A DNA stretch of 64,000 nucleotides, taken from a virus (Duplodnaviria; Caudoviricetes). Every line of letters begins with the position of its first letter. Position 1 is the stretch's first letter. A program made the position numbers and the translations under genes. The stretch lies in the IMG/VR virus record IMGVR_UViG_3300032312_001958; one strand, 5' to 3'. The notes beneath the pieces are model-generated. The model was given only the letters and a program-made list of their open reading frames with translations. It was not told the origin of the DNA and did not search any database. Of the stretch, positions 1 to 10,015 are shown piece after piece.

Positions 1-288
1 TTCAGACAAACTAAAAGATTCTGTTTGTGAATTTTTTTCCCAAATATTTGCTTGTAACTTTGAAAGACTTAATTTTTTTTCAACACACTCGTTAATTATT
101 TTTTGTTGTTTTTCTATAACAGGTCCAATTAAAGTCATGTCTTCAGGTTCTTTCATCATAGAAATCATTTTATTTTGAATTCTTAAAGCGGTTGACCTCT
201 GTTCAACTAATTCGTTGTAAATTTCTTGCATAAGCGCTTGTAGAGAATCTTTGGTAAAATTAATTTCTTTTTTTCTTGGTTTGGTCAT
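1..288 (-). CDS. Hypothetical helical/coiled-coil protein, partial (runs off window)
   Basis: Not in ORF track. ATG at 288, reads MTKPRKKEINFTKDSLQALMQEIYNELVEQRSTALRIQNKM..., open to window edge; TATTTAT motif immediately upstream. Confidence 0.8.
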   Translation of the reverse strand, partial: MTKPRKKEINFTKDSLQALMQEIYNELVEQRSTALRIQNKMISMMKEPEDMTLIGPVIEKQQKIINECVEKKLSLSKLQANIWEKNSQTESFSLSE

Positions 289-316
289 ATAAATAAATAT
301 AAAATTAACTATTTTA

Positions 317-1063
317 TTAATCTTCTTCAGTTTTGATTATATTATCATAAAGTATTTTATATTTTTTCATACTTGTTCTAATTTCTTTAGTTGAAAGATT
401 TGTCATTTCCCTTAGAGATAATAAAATTAAATTTTTATTAAATTTATTATTATCAGAAGTTTGAAAAATTTGTTTGTAGTTTTCTAAAATATCACATAAC
501 GCAACTCCTAATTTATATTCATTGGTACTTTCATGGAACTCATTTGATTTTTCCTTAACTATTTCTAATAGTTTAATTAAAATATTTTCTTTATTATCCT
601 CGTCTTCGTCTATGTAGTAGGCCATACTCGGGTTATTTTCTAAATCACCTGATATATCTTCGTATGAAATTTTTCTGTTCTGTTCTTTTTGGTCTTTTAA
701 AATTTGACCCATTAAATAATTTTTACAGATAGTACCAAAATACGAGTATGCTTTCTTTTCTTTTGACGGACTAAACTTTTCAATTTTAGTCATTAAAAAA
801 GAATGTGTGTCAGTATGAATTTCATAAAAATCCATATCTTTTCGATATAATTTATACCTTCGTATAATTGAAGATATCATTTTATCTAAAGGGTGTCTTA
901 AATAATCATTATAAATCTTGTTCTTTTCGTCAAAAGTAGAGGCGGTTAAAAACATTCTAACCGCCATCTCTTCTCGTTGGTCAAAGTAATTCTCATTTTC
1001 AGATTTACCTTTTTTACCCTTTTGAATGATTATTGTTGTTTGTCCTGAATAATCATTGGTCAT
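317..1063 (-). CDS. Phage RNA polymerase sigma-factor-like protein (region 2; gp55-like late sigma candidate)
   Basis: LMTKIEKFSPSKEKKAYSYFGTICKNYL resembles sigma region 2.3-2.4 and the gp55 FDPxKxxNxFAYFT segment; 248 aa. Confidence 0.6.
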   Translation of the reverse strand: MTNDYSGQTTIIIQKGKKGKSENENYFDQREEMAVRMFLTASTFDEKNKIYNDYLRHPLDKMISSIIRRYKLYRKDMDFYEIHTDTHSFLMTKIEKFSPSKEKKAYSYFGTICKNYLMGQILKDQKEQNRKISYEDISGDLENNPSMAYYIDEDEDNKENILIKLLEIVKEKSNEFHESTNEYKLGVALCDILENYKQIFQTSDNNKFNKNLILLSLREMTNLSTKEIRTSMKKYKILYDNIIKTEED

Positions 1064-1869
1064 TAAACTTCTTGTGGTTCGTATTTTATGTTTCGGTCTT
1101 CAATAAAAAAGTATTCTTTTTTCGCGGAATTAATCCAAAACTTAACCTCATCCTCCGATAATACGTTATCACCATTTTTGTAATTCCAAAAAATTCCTCC
1201 TTTTCGTAAATTCATATGTTTGTAACCTAATTTAGGTATTGTCATAATTTTTACTGAATTATATGTTAAACGTAAAAATAATTCGTACACAAAAGTTAAT
1301 TTCATTGATGGTTTAAATCCTCCAAAATCAATAAAAGTATCTTTTTTGATTACCATTCCTGATGTTTGAAAATTTTGGTAATTTTGTAAAGTTTCATTTG
1401 TTAAAAATCCCATTTCTTGACTGAAATTTGCTGCGAATGTTGCTTCATTAGTAAACCCCGCAAAAACCCCTTTATCATCAACATCAACAACAATAGGTAA
1501 AAAACAATTTACATCATCATAAACTTTTGAATATTTCTCAACATTTTTGAACCAAATTTTAGAATATTCATCGTCAAATTCAGCAATTGTTACCCATTTT
1601 GTTTTTGACTCTGCAACCCCTAAATTTACTTGTTCACAAAAATTAGGTTCTAAGTTCCATTCAATTTTTCTAACATTTAATGAACCAAAATCAAAAGATT
1701 TTAAATGTTCTACTAAAAGTGTTTCAGGGGTGTGTATAATTATTAATTCTTCGGGTTGAACTTCCTGATTCTGAATAGACTGTATTGATTTTTCAAAAAA
1801 TTCAGTGAAAAAGGGAGAAACCGCTGATTTGATTGGTAAAATTACCGTTAAGTCAATTTTGTTTTCCAT
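1063..1869 (-). CDS. Glycosyltransferase family 2 (GT-A)
   Basis: LTVILPI N-terminal strand, EFDD (DxD-like), FGGFKPS, YELFLRL. Confidence 0.8.
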   Translation of the reverse strand: MENKIDLTVILPIKSAVSPFFTEFFEKSIQSIQNQEVQPEELIIIHTPETLLVEHLKSFDFGSLNVRKIEWNLEPNFCEQVNLGVAESKTKWVTIAEFDDEYSKIWFKNVEKYSKVYDDVNCFLPIVVDVDDKGVFAGFTNEATFAANFSQEMGFLTNETLQNYQNFQTSGMVIKKDTFIDFGGFKPSMKLTFVYELFLRLTYNSVKIMTIPKLGYKHMNLRKGGIFWNYKNGDNVLSEDEVKFWINSAKKEYFFIEDRNIKYEPQEV

Positions 1870-1870
1870 A

Positions 1871-2929
1871 TTATGCTTCTACTTTAAATTTATTAATTTG
1901 TTGTGAAAAATACTCTTCTCTAGCTCCCAAATACCTATCAAAAAGGTCAATTACAGTAGTACTGAATTTTTTATGGTCTTGGTAAGATTTAGAAGTTTCT
2001 AACCCATTAGAATATAATTTTTCAGAAATATTATCCTCAATCCAATTTTGGATGTAATCTGCAGTGTAATCAATTAGTTTATCTGATTCAGTAACCCATA
2101 TTCCATTATCTTGATTTAACCAACTTGGAGTAATACTAGGTAAAAGCCCAATTACTGGACAATTTGAAGCCATAGATTCTAAAGGATATGTCCCAAAAGA
2201 ACTTTGATTGTCTATCCAAACCGAAAGACAAGACTCTTTTAATGTGTTTGAAAATTCTTCTTCAGATAATGCTCTCATATCTCTAAAAGTTACCCATCTG
2301 AATTGTGGGAATTTTAAATAGAATTTTTTAATAAAATTCACACCATCTCTTTGTTCTCTCGAATGTACCGCGACAATAGGTTTTGCGGGGAATTTAGATA
2401 CTGAGAATTTTTCAGAAATAACAGGCTCAATAATATCGTATGATACATTTTTCATTATTGGAGAGATGTAATCTTTTAACCACTCACTAGTGATAATACA
2501 TTTAGGAAATCCTAAAGATGACCAAGATTGTCCTGGTGATAATGTTTCAGTAATCCAATCCGCTGATTGACATAAAACAATTTTAGCACAAGGTAATTTT
2601 GTTATTTGAGGCATTATGTACCCAAAAATTTCAGGAATAATAACAAAATCTTCAGGAGAAATCTCCAATTGTTGTCCTTCTACTGATGTATGGGGTAATT
2701 CCATAAATTCGGAACCTAACCATTCTGAAACACCAATGTAATCTTTTTGTTCATGTAAAATAATAGGATTATAACCATTATTTTTTAACGTCATAGCGAT
2801 TCTATAAGTGTGGGCAACCGACGCTTTAGCGTTCCCTTTGGTGTCTTGAACAAAAAAATAAATTCTAACTGATTTATTTTTTAGGTTCTCAACAGACTTT
2901 TGTAATTTTTCTAAATTTGTTTGTTCCAT
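1871..2929 (-). CDS. GT-B (GT4-like) glycosyltransferase
   Basis: VIIPEIF; C-terminal SSFGTYPLESMASNCPVIG is a variant of E-x-F-G-x-x-x-x-E-A-M. Confidence 0.75.
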   Translation of the reverse strand: MEQTNLEKLQKSVENLKNKSVRIYFFVQDTKGNAKASVAHTYRIAMTLKNNGYNPIILHEQKDYIGVSEWLGSEFMELPHTSVEGQQLEISPEDFVIIPEIFGYIMPQITKLPCAKIVLCQSADWITETLSPGQSWSSLGFPKCIITSEWLKDYISPIMKNVSYDIIEPVISEKFSVSKFPAKPIVAVHSREQRDGVNFIKKFYLKFPQFRWVTFRDMRALSEEEFSNTLKESCLSVWIDNQSSFGTYPLESMASNCPVIGLLPSITPSWLNQDNGIWVTESDKLIDYTADYIQNWIEDNISEKLYSNGLETSKSYQDHKKFSTTVIDLFDRYLGAREEYFSQQINKFKVEA

Positions 2930-2942
2930 ATTTTATTTATTA

Positions 2943-3209
2943 TTAATATTTTTTTAATATTCCGATGTTTAATAACGTATTCCAAGCGAGTTTGTACGGA
3001 ATACTTACCGCACTTTTAGGTCCCAACGCTTCATCCGCGTCTTCTCTTTCAGTAATTAAAACATCAATCATAGTTTTAATCATTTCATATTTTACAACAG
3101 AAATATGTTGTTCAGTCTTACCCGACTCATCTGTAGTTGGTGCTAAATTTACTTGATTTTCAATAGATGAAATATCTAAGTAATAATGTTCATTAAATAA
3201 GGTCAACAT
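2943..3209 (-). CDS. Hypothetical protein
   Basis: 88 aa ORF tightly packed in the operon. Confidence 0.7.
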   Translation of the reverse strand: MLTLFNEHYYLDISSIENQVNLAPTTDESGKTEQHISVVKYEMIKTMIDVLITEREDADEALGPKSAVSIPYKLAWNTLLNIGILKKY

Positions 3210-3861
3210 ATTTTATGTCCTCAATTTTTTTAATTAAATTTTTTATTGTATCTATCTCACAATTTGCAATTACATCTTTGTTATATGAAGTTTTAAATTT
3301 TACACATTTTTTAGGGTATAATTTAATTAATTCAGGATTTGAAGTAATAACTACATCATAGTTAGAAAGTTTTTTTTGTAAATTGTTATTATTGTAAAAA
3401 ATAACCGAATCAATCAAACAACCAAACTTAGAAATAAAAAAAAGTGACGCTGGTTTTGATTTACCGGCACCTTTAGAAAAAATAGAAAACTCGTAATTTT
3501 CTTTATTACTCTCAATTAATTCATTCAAAACTACAAACGTATCCATCTCAGTTGACGGAGCGTGACCAAAAATTTGCATTACAAAATCTTCGTACAAAAA
3601 ATTATAAAAATCATACTCCGTTGGAAATTTAAAATGTTCTTTTAAATCTAAATTATTTATAGGATATGTCATTTCGTACCTAAATTCTTCTGTTAACTCG
3701 TTAAGTTCGGTATTACCTGATTCATCTAAAGTATATGTTTTAATAGGTTCTGAAAACTCATCAGAAAAATTTTCTAAATAATTTTTTTCATATACTTGAG
3801 ATATTTTTAAAAATGTATCTCTTAAAACTCCATCTAAATCTACCCCAACTTTAGTTTTCAT
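3193..3861 (-). CDS. HAD-superfamily 5'(3')-deoxyribonucleotidase-like protein
   Basis: N-terminal VGVDLDGVLRD HAD motif I; C-terminal motif looks degenerate. Confidence 0.6.
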   Translation of the reverse strand: MKTKVGVDLDGVLRDTFLKISQVYEKNYLENFSDEFSEPIKTYTLDESGNTELNELTEEFRYEMTYPINNLDLKEHFKFPTEYDFYNFLYEDFVMQIFGHAPSTEMDTFVVLNELIESNKENYEFSIFSKGAGKSKPASLFFISKFGCLIDSVIFYNNNNLQKKLSNYDVVITSNPELIKLYPKKCVKFKTSYNKDVIANCEIDTIKNLIKKIEDIKYVDLI

Positions 3862-4588
3862 ATCTTTTTAAAATTTTAGAAATTATAGGGTTTCGAACAA
3901 TGTCTTCGTCCCCAAAAACATGAATTGCAATATCGTCAACGTCTTTAAATTTATCCAACGCGTCAAATAACCCCGAATGTTTTTTATCTTTATATCTATC
4001 AGTCTGTTCAATATCACCTGATATAAAAAATTTACTACTAAACCCAATACGAGTTAATAATAATTTCATTTGACTTGGGGATGAGTTTTGAGCCTCTTCA
4101 AATATAAGAATTGAGTTGTCAATGTTCATCCCTCTCATGTAAGCCAAAGCAAACACTTCAATTACTTCTATTTGTTTTAATTTTTCTCTTTGTTCTTTAC
4201 CAATTATTTTATTTAATAAATAAAAAGATGGGAAAATATAAGGGTCTAATTTTTCTTCTAAATTTCCTGGTAAAGAACCTAATTTTTCCTCAGCTTCAAC
4301 CGCCGGTCTTACTATGATTATTTTTTCATATGGACTTCTTGGGTCTTGTAACAAATCAACCGCACATTTCATTGCAATAAAACTTTTACCAACACCTGCC
4401 GGACCTGAACAAATTGTAATTTGATTGTTAACTAATTTATCGTAATATTCTTCTTGTCCTTTTGATAAGAATTTATTTTTAGTCTTACCTTTAATAATTT
4501 GGCTAATTTGTTCCTTTTTACTAATCTTTGGTTTTACCTCTGTTTGAAAAGTTTGAGGTTCTTTAAGGGTTGTTTTTCTTCTAGTCAT
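3851..4588 (-). CDS. phoH: PhoH-like ATPase
   Basis: GPAGVGKS Walker A, RPAVEAEEKLGSLPG, AYMRG, EEAQN, GDIEQTD, RNPII. Confidence 0.95.
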   Translation of the reverse strand: MTRRKTTLKEPQTFQTEVKPKISKKEQISQIIKGKTKNKFLSKGQEEYYDKLVNNQITICSGPAGVGKSFIAMKCAVDLLQDPRSPYEKIIIVRPAVEAEEKLGSLPGNLEEKLDPYIFPSFYLLNKIIGKEQREKLKQIEVIEVFALAYMRGMNIDNSILIFEEAQNSSPSQMKLLLTRIGFSSKFFISGDIEQTDRYKDKKHSGLFDALDKFKDVDDIAIHVFGDEDIVRNPIISKILKRYEN

Positions 4589-5562
4589 ATTTTAATTGTA
4601 TAATATTCCATCCAGTAGTCAATCATTTCATCTAACATACTTTCAAAAGTGTATTCATGTGACCAACTTGTTTTTTCTATCAATTTTGATGAGTCCCCTT
4701 TTAAGTCATGTAATTCTTCAGGTCTTAAAAATTTCTCATCCTGAGTTACATACTCTCTATAGTCTAAACCTAAAGATGAGAATACGTAATCACAAAGTTC
4801 TCTTACTGAGTGTGATACCCCTGTCGAGCAAACAAAATCATCTGAATTATCTAATTGTAATATTTGCCACATTGCTTTAACGTAATCTTTAGCATGACCC
4901 CAATCACGAGTCGCGTCAAGGTTACCTAATTTTAATTCATTAGAAAAACCTAATTTTATTTTAACCGCTTCTTTACAAACTTTATTAGTTACAAAATTAG
5001 TTCCTCGTCTTGGTGATTCGTGATTAAATAAGATTCCATTAGATATGAACATACCATAAGAATTTCTATAATTACGACAAATGTTATAACTAAATACTTT
5101 TGCACATCCGTAAGGTGATACTGGATTCATTGGGGTAGTTTCTCTTTGATAACCATCAGAATCAATTGAATTACCAAACATTTCGGATGATGATGCTTGA
5201 TAAATTTTAGTATTAGGTTTAATTAATTTCACGGATTCAAGTAGATTTAAAGTACCTAAACCAGTAACATTAGATGTGTAGATTGGTTGGTCAAAAGAAA
5301 TTCTAACGTGAGATTGTGCCGCTAAATTATATATTTCATCAGGCATTACTTTTTGTATTACAGATATTAAAGATGAAATATCAGTTAAATCCGCATAATG
5401 TAATTTAACCTTATCATAAACATTCTCTAATCTTGAGGTTTGATTTTCCGCAACAGAGTTTCTTTTTAATGTACCATGGACTTCGTATCCCTTCTCAAGT
5501 AATAGTTCGGATAGGTAAGACCCATCTTGTCCATTTATACCTGTTATTAGTGCTTTTTTCAT
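4585..5562 (-). CDS. gmd: GDP-mannose 4,6-dehydratase
   Basis: ALITGINGQDGSYLSELLL, YNLAAQSHV, YQASSSEMFG, SPYGCAK, FNHESPRRG, GNLDATRDWGHAKDY. Confidence 0.97.
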   Translation of the reverse strand: MKKALITGINGQDGSYLSELLLEKGYEVHGTLKRNSVAENQTSRLENVYDKVKLHYADLTDISSLISVIQKVMPDEIYNLAAQSHVRISFDQPIYTSNVTGLGTLNLLESVKLIKPNTKIYQASSSEMFGNSIDSDGYQRETTPMNPVSPYGCAKVFSYNICRNYRNSYGMFISNGILFNHESPRRGTNFVTNKVCKEAVKIKLGFSNELKLGNLDATRDWGHAKDYVKAMWQILQLDNSDDFVCSTGVSHSVRELCDYVFSSLGLDYREYVTQDEKFLRPEELHDLKGDSSKLIEKTSWSHEYTFESMLDEMIDYWMEYYTIKI

Positions 5563-5574
5563 ATTTAAATTATT

Positions 5575-5649
5575 TTATAACCACCAAATTGAGGTTTTCC
5601 ATTCTTCTCTATCAGGATGTTCGTGTACTGAAAGTTTATCTAAAAATAA
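5575..5649 (-). pseudogene. Probable 3' gene remnant (LFLDKLSVHEHPDREEWKTSIWWL*)
   Basis: Start-less 24-codon open stretch with protein-like composition, in an otherwise gap-free operon. Confidence 0.4.
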
Positions 5650-6258
5650 TTATTTATTTTTTTCGAAAACAGAAAATCCATTTCTTTCGTCTAGTTTATC
5701 ATAAAGGGTAGTGAAATTATTACTATCTAATATTTCTTGTCTTATTTTATTTGTTTTTAAAATATTACTATCATCTAAAACAACAATTCGAGTTCTATCT
5801 TTTAACTTTACCCATTCAGGGTAAGTTGTATATTCCCCACCATCTAAAATTAATAAATCAATTTTTTCAGGTAATTTATCCAATATATTCTCAGCAGTTT
5901 TTAAATAATTCAAATCTTTTTCGTAGTATAGTTGAGCGTGGGCATCTGATTGAAAATCAATCGTTGAGTGGTCAAACCAATACACGTCGTCTAAATCTAT
6001 AATTCTACCATTTAATAAATTAACATAAGATGAATATGGTTCTAAAAATTTTTTAGCAATTTCGTACATTTCTGGATACAATTCTAAGGAATAGAATTCT
6101 TTAGTTTCACTTTTATCAATTAAAGACTGTATAACGCACATTGTTGAACCTTCTCCATTCCATGTACCTATTTCTACAATTGTTTTAACGTCTTCCCTAC
6201 TTGATAGATTATATATTAAGTCTCCCCAAGGTGTGCCTATATTAATTTGACCTGCCAT
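5650..6258 (-). CDS. Class I SAM-dependent methyltransferase (Methyltransf_24-like)
   Basis: IVEIGTWNGEGST motif I, LLILDGGE, VVLDD. Confidence 0.8.
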   Translation of the reverse strand: MAGQINIGTPWGDLIYNLSSREDVKTIVEIGTWNGEGSTMCVIQSLIDKSETKEFYSLELYPEMYEIAKKFLEPYSSYVNLLNGRIIDLDDVYWFDHSTIDFQSDAHAQLYYEKDLNYLKTAENILDKLPEKIDLLILDGGEYTTYPEWVKLKDRTRIVVLDDSNILKTNKIRQEILDSNNFTTLYDKLDERNGFSVFEKNK

Positions 6259-6276
6259 TTTTTAGTATATATTTTT

Positions 6277-6969
6277 TTATTCATTGGATAAGAATTGAGA
6301 ATACTCATCTTGATTGTCTTTAATCCAATTATGTTTGAAATTAAATATAGGATTTTCAGGTAATTCAATTCCTAAGATTGGATAAAATTCTTTTCTTACA
6401 AATATCATATTTCCGGTATGACAGACAAATTCATATCCTTTTTGCTTCCCTAAATTATACATCGCATAAAAAGATGTATTGAATTCTTTGTCATAGTTAT
6501 CGTTATTTTGATAATTTTTGAGTGGATTTATTCCTGAGTTTATTTCAATAATAACAATAATTGGTTTATAATTTTTTAGTGAGTCCCAATATTTATAATC
6601 TTCTGAATCAGTATCAATAGATAGTAATGTAAATTCTTCAGGTATTGTAGTTTCAGAAAGAATTTGGTCTAAACTATTATTATTTAAATCCACGTATTTA
6701 TTTATAGGGATTATATTTGGGTATTCTTTTGAGGTTTCTAATAATTCAATAAATTTACTTTCATCACCTTCAATCATCACAGAATTGAATCCTTCTTTTA
6801 CTAATTTTAGAGTGTTACTAGCATTTTTTCCGTCCCAAGCACCAAACTCACAACACCACTTATCTTCTAAATTCAATCGTTTCAAAAGTTCTTCAATAAC
6901 CCCATCTTCACCGTTTTGAGAGTTTATATTTTTATTATAGAGTTCATAAAAAAAATTTTCGTATTTCAT
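6277..6969 (-). CDS. FkbM-like methyltransferase
   Basis: SQNGEDGVI, CEFGAWDGKNASNT, LLSIDTDSEDY, IIIEIN. Confidence 0.8.
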   Translation of the reverse strand: MKYENFFYELYNKNINSQNGEDGVIEELLKRLNLEDKWCCEFGAWDGKNASNTLKLVKEGFNSVMIEGDESKFIELLETSKEYPNIIPINKYVDLNNNSLDQILSETTIPEEFTLLSIDTDSEDYKYWDSLKNYKPIIVIIEINSGINPLKNYQNNDNYDKEFNTSFYAMYNLGKQKGYEFVCHTGNMIFVRKEFYPILGIELPENPIFNFKHNWIKDNQDEYSQFLSNE

Positions 6970-6983
6970 AAGTCATCAATTAA

Positions 6984-7604
6984 TTATTTTTTTTTAAAAA
7001 AACCTTCACCAAAGTTACCTCCCCACCAAAATTGGTCAATACAGGTAAATCCATTGTCATTTAAGAACCTTTGGATATCCTCAAACAAAGGACACCCTTG
7101 ATATAGTTCATCGGAGTTTATCTCAACAACCAAATAATCAATATTTTTTAATGTTTTAATTGAGCCTTTAAGTACCTCTAATTCGTAACCCTGAACATCG
7201 ATATTCATCATATTATATAGAGAATAATCAAAATCCAAATCATCCAATCTATCCATCTCAACAACTTCTTTTTTATCAAAAACTATACTCGGAAATTGTC
7301 TTGTGTGTAGTTTCGGTTCCAAAATAGATGACGACATCCCATTATTATTCGATTCAACGAACATCTCAATTTGTTTTTTTTCATTACCTAAAGCCTTTTT
7401 AACTAAAATGGTTCCGTCTTCATTACCAACTTTTTCAACTAAAGTTCTAAAATTAGAGTTTAGTGGTTCAAAAAAAATTTTATTCTTCGCACCTAATTCA
7501 TTATATAATTCATTTTCTTGCCCAAAATGGGCACCAACGTGAATTACACCTTTTATTTGCACATCGTGTTTCATAATGAAACCTTTAAATTCTAAGTTAT
7601 TCAT
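6984..7604 (-). CDS. FkbM family methyltransferase
   Basis: VIHVGAHFGQE, FEPL, NIDVQGYELEVLKG, LVVEIN. Confidence 0.9.
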   Translation of the reverse strand: MNNLEFKGFIMKHDVQIKGVIHVGAHFGQENELYNELGAKNKIFFEPLNSNFRTLVEKVGNEDGTILVKKALGNEKKQIEMFVESNNNGMSSSILEPKLHTRQFPSIVFDKKEVVEMDRLDDLDFDYSLYNMMNIDVQGYELEVLKGSIKTLKNIDYLVVEINSDELYQGCPLFEDIQRFLNDNGFTCIDQFWWGGNFGEGFFKKK

Positions 7605-7639
7605 ACCATCTTTTTTTTGTTATTTTATTTTTTTTGATA

Positions 7640-8413
7640 TTAGATTAATTTTCTATCTTCTAAAAATTTATTTCCATAAAGAATATCTTTATGCTTTTCT
7701 AAGATTTTCGCAGCATTAGTATACATCAAGTCACTATGTAAGTTATGATTTTTCTGTCTTGAGGTCCCCCAATTTAAGTCTGATTCATAATCTATCCAAT
7801 ACAAACCTGAAACTTTATTTAATTCTTTAAACGCTCTCATTGAGATGTCCATATCATCATAATGTAACGGGGCGAAATATTCATCTAAATAATTTAATTT
7901 AACTACGTCACTATAATCATACATTAAAGGACCTCTGTTACCATATTCTCTTGCATAAAAAATATCTCTTTGAGATGAACTTTTTGGTGAGACATCTATA
8001 TAATTAATTTGTTTTGTATCCTCATTATATATGTTATTATGGGCAACAAAAGAAGTAACTGCAAAAACGTCATTAAAATTTTGAAATGGTTTTAACATCC
8101 TCAAGTCAAAATCTTTTTCTTTTACAACCATGTCATCTTGAATTAAAATAACGTAATCGTTTTCAACTAATTTTAATCCTGCGTTATTTGCTTTAGTTTC
8201 AAAAACGTCGTCCGTATAAACGTAATCAACCTTTTTATTATATTTTTTTAAAATATTTTTGGATAAACTTTCACTATTATCCGTACAACCATCAAACACA
8301 ACAATTATTTGTTCGTTTTTATCCGACAAGTTATCTACCAATCCTTGACAAACTTTTTCAATTAAAAAGTCTTTATTATGAACTGTTAATACAGTTGTAA
8401 TTTTTTTACTCAT
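7640..8413 (-). CDS. Glycosyltransferase family 2
   Basis: VLTVHNK, VFDGCTDNS, ANNAGL, IQDD, YDDMD. Confidence 0.85.
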   Translation of the reverse strand: MSKKITTVLTVHNKDFLIEKVCQGLVDNLSDKNEQIIVVFDGCTDNSESLSKNILKKYNKKVDYVYTDDVFETKANNAGLKLVENDYVILIQDDMVVKEKDFDLRMLKPFQNFNDVFAVTSFVAHNNIYNEDTKQINYIDVSPKSSSQRDIFYAREYGNRGPLMYDYSDVVKLNYLDEYFAPLHYDDMDISMRAFKELNKVSGLYWIDYESDLNWGTSRQKNHNLHSDLMYTNAAKILEKHKDILYGNKFLEDRKLI

Positions 8414-9081
8414 GGTTTGTATATATTATAACTAATTTGATTATCAAAGTAATTAGAAAAATTTAATTTATGTTTAATTATTAAATTTGTTAAAATACTT
8501 TGGTCATGTCTGTGGAATTGCCAATTTTCAAAATTTTTACCTAATTTAGAATCTTCATCATCTACAATCTGTTTTACACTACAATATTTCAAATATTCAT
8601 TCATTAAATTAGTGTTATCATCAGTTTTTTTAACAATAAAAAACCCAGCTTCAATTTGTGCGGTATTATGGTAGATTTCTGAATCACAATCCATCAATAT
8701 AAAACAATCTCTTTTAGTGTGATATTTCTGAGGAGTTCTGTAACCACCCCAGTTACTAAAATAATAATCGTTACTTTGAAAAAAGTCTAAAACATCATTA
8801 TAGTTTATATTAAGTATGTCTCCCGCGTCAGTGTAAATTACTATGTCATTTTGTTCTATAATATTAAAAGTATCTAAAATAATCTTAGGTTTCCAAAGCC
8901 AATATCCATCACCTACTTTACAATCTAAAACTTCTTTATTTTCCTCATAAAATTTATCTTTTTTTATATTTTCAGAATGGTATGGTAATACTATAAAACC
9001 TTTTTCTTCGTAGTATTTTTTTAAAAAATTTTCACGAACTCTAAATTTTTCGTTAGTGTAAAAACAAATATATACTTTCAT
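8410..9081 (-). CDS. Putative GT-A glycosyltransferase (GYWLWKP / HRHDQS type)
   Basis: GYWLWKPKII, YTDAG, HRHDQSILT motifs, typical of proteins in glycan-synthesis clusters. Confidence 0.6.
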   Translation of the reverse strand: MKVYICFYTNEKFRVRENFLKKYYEEKGFIVLPYHSENIKKDKFYEENKEVLDCKVGDGYWLWKPKIILDTFNIIEQNDIVIYTDAGDILNINYNDVLDFFQSNDYYFSNWGGYRTPQKYHTKRDCFILMDCDSEIYHNTAQIEAGFFIVKKTDDNTNLMNEYLKYCSVKQIVDDEDSKLGKNFENWQFHRHDQSILTNLIIKHKLNFSNYFDNQISYNIYKP

Positions 9082-9085
9082 ATTT

Positions 9086-10015
9086 TTAATATTTCATTTC
9101 GTTTAATAAAAATTTTACAGCGTTATCATACGTAGATGTAAAATTATTGTAAAGGTCATAAGATTGTTGAATGTTAAAATTATCCAAGTATTTTTTAATT
9201 TCGTACATAAATGAGTCAAAGTCTGACGTATATGTATGTTCAGGAATTAACTCATTTTCAGTTTTAATTGGTAAATGTTCATATAAAAATAATCTACACC
9301 CATTGGCAGTAGATTCCCCCAACCTAACAGGGTATTCTAACCAAACAGGAGTGGCGGATTCCGATAAAGTTATTTTACTATTTTTATAATAGTTAAAACA
9401 TTGTTCGGGACTAATAACTCCAACACTATCCCAACAATTAGTTAGTACGTTATATTTTTGACTAAGAATACCTAGTGCTCTGTTTACATTAGGTCTATTA
9501 TTGATGGTACCAAAATAACAAATATCAATATTTTTTTCAGAAACAAATTCTTCAGGTTTTTCTGATAATGAACAAGGTAAATAACAAAATTTTAAATTTT
9601 CAATTGGTTCTGACGAAAAATTTAATAAATTAACTCCTTCTTCACCTGACCTCATGTATTCAGGTCCATGATTTGTTACAAAATCATTAACTATTTTTTC
9701 ATCAAAAATGTTACTTTTATAAGCGCAAATAAAATTAACATCTCTTCTTTTTTCAGATAATTCCTTCAATTTTGGTATATCAAAACATCCCCAAATAATG
9801 TGATGTTTAATATTTATTGTGTTATAGTAATCTATATTTGATATTAAATAATTTAATGATAACTCTCCAAAAACTATATCGTATGATTTTTTAGTACATT
9901 TAGTTATATCTAAAACCCATTCCGTTTCTCCTATTTTTGAAAATGCGTTATAAAACCCTTCAATCTTTCTATGATTGAAATTTTCTTTACCTTCACCTAA
10001 AATTAATATATTCAT
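9086..10015 (-). CDS. Putative GT-B glycosyltransferase (CgeB/Glyco_trans_1_2-like)
   Basis: DICYFGT..NR, YYKNSKITL, RLGESTANGC. Confidence 0.6.
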   Translation of the reverse strand: MNILILGEGKENFNHRKIEGFYNAFSKIGETEWVLDITKCTKKSYDIVFGELSLNYLISNIDYYNTINIKHHIIWGCFDIPKLKELSEKRRDVNFICAYKSNIFDEKIVNDFVTNHGPEYMRSGEEGVNLLNFSSEPIENLKFCYLPCSLSEKPEEFVSEKNIDICYFGTINNRPNVNRALGILSQKYNVLTNCWDSVGVISPEQCFNYYKNSKITLSESATPVWLEYPVRLGESTANGCRLFLYEHLPIKTENELIPEHTYTSDFDSFMYEIKKYLDNFNIQQSYDLYNNFTSTYDNAVKFLLNEMKY

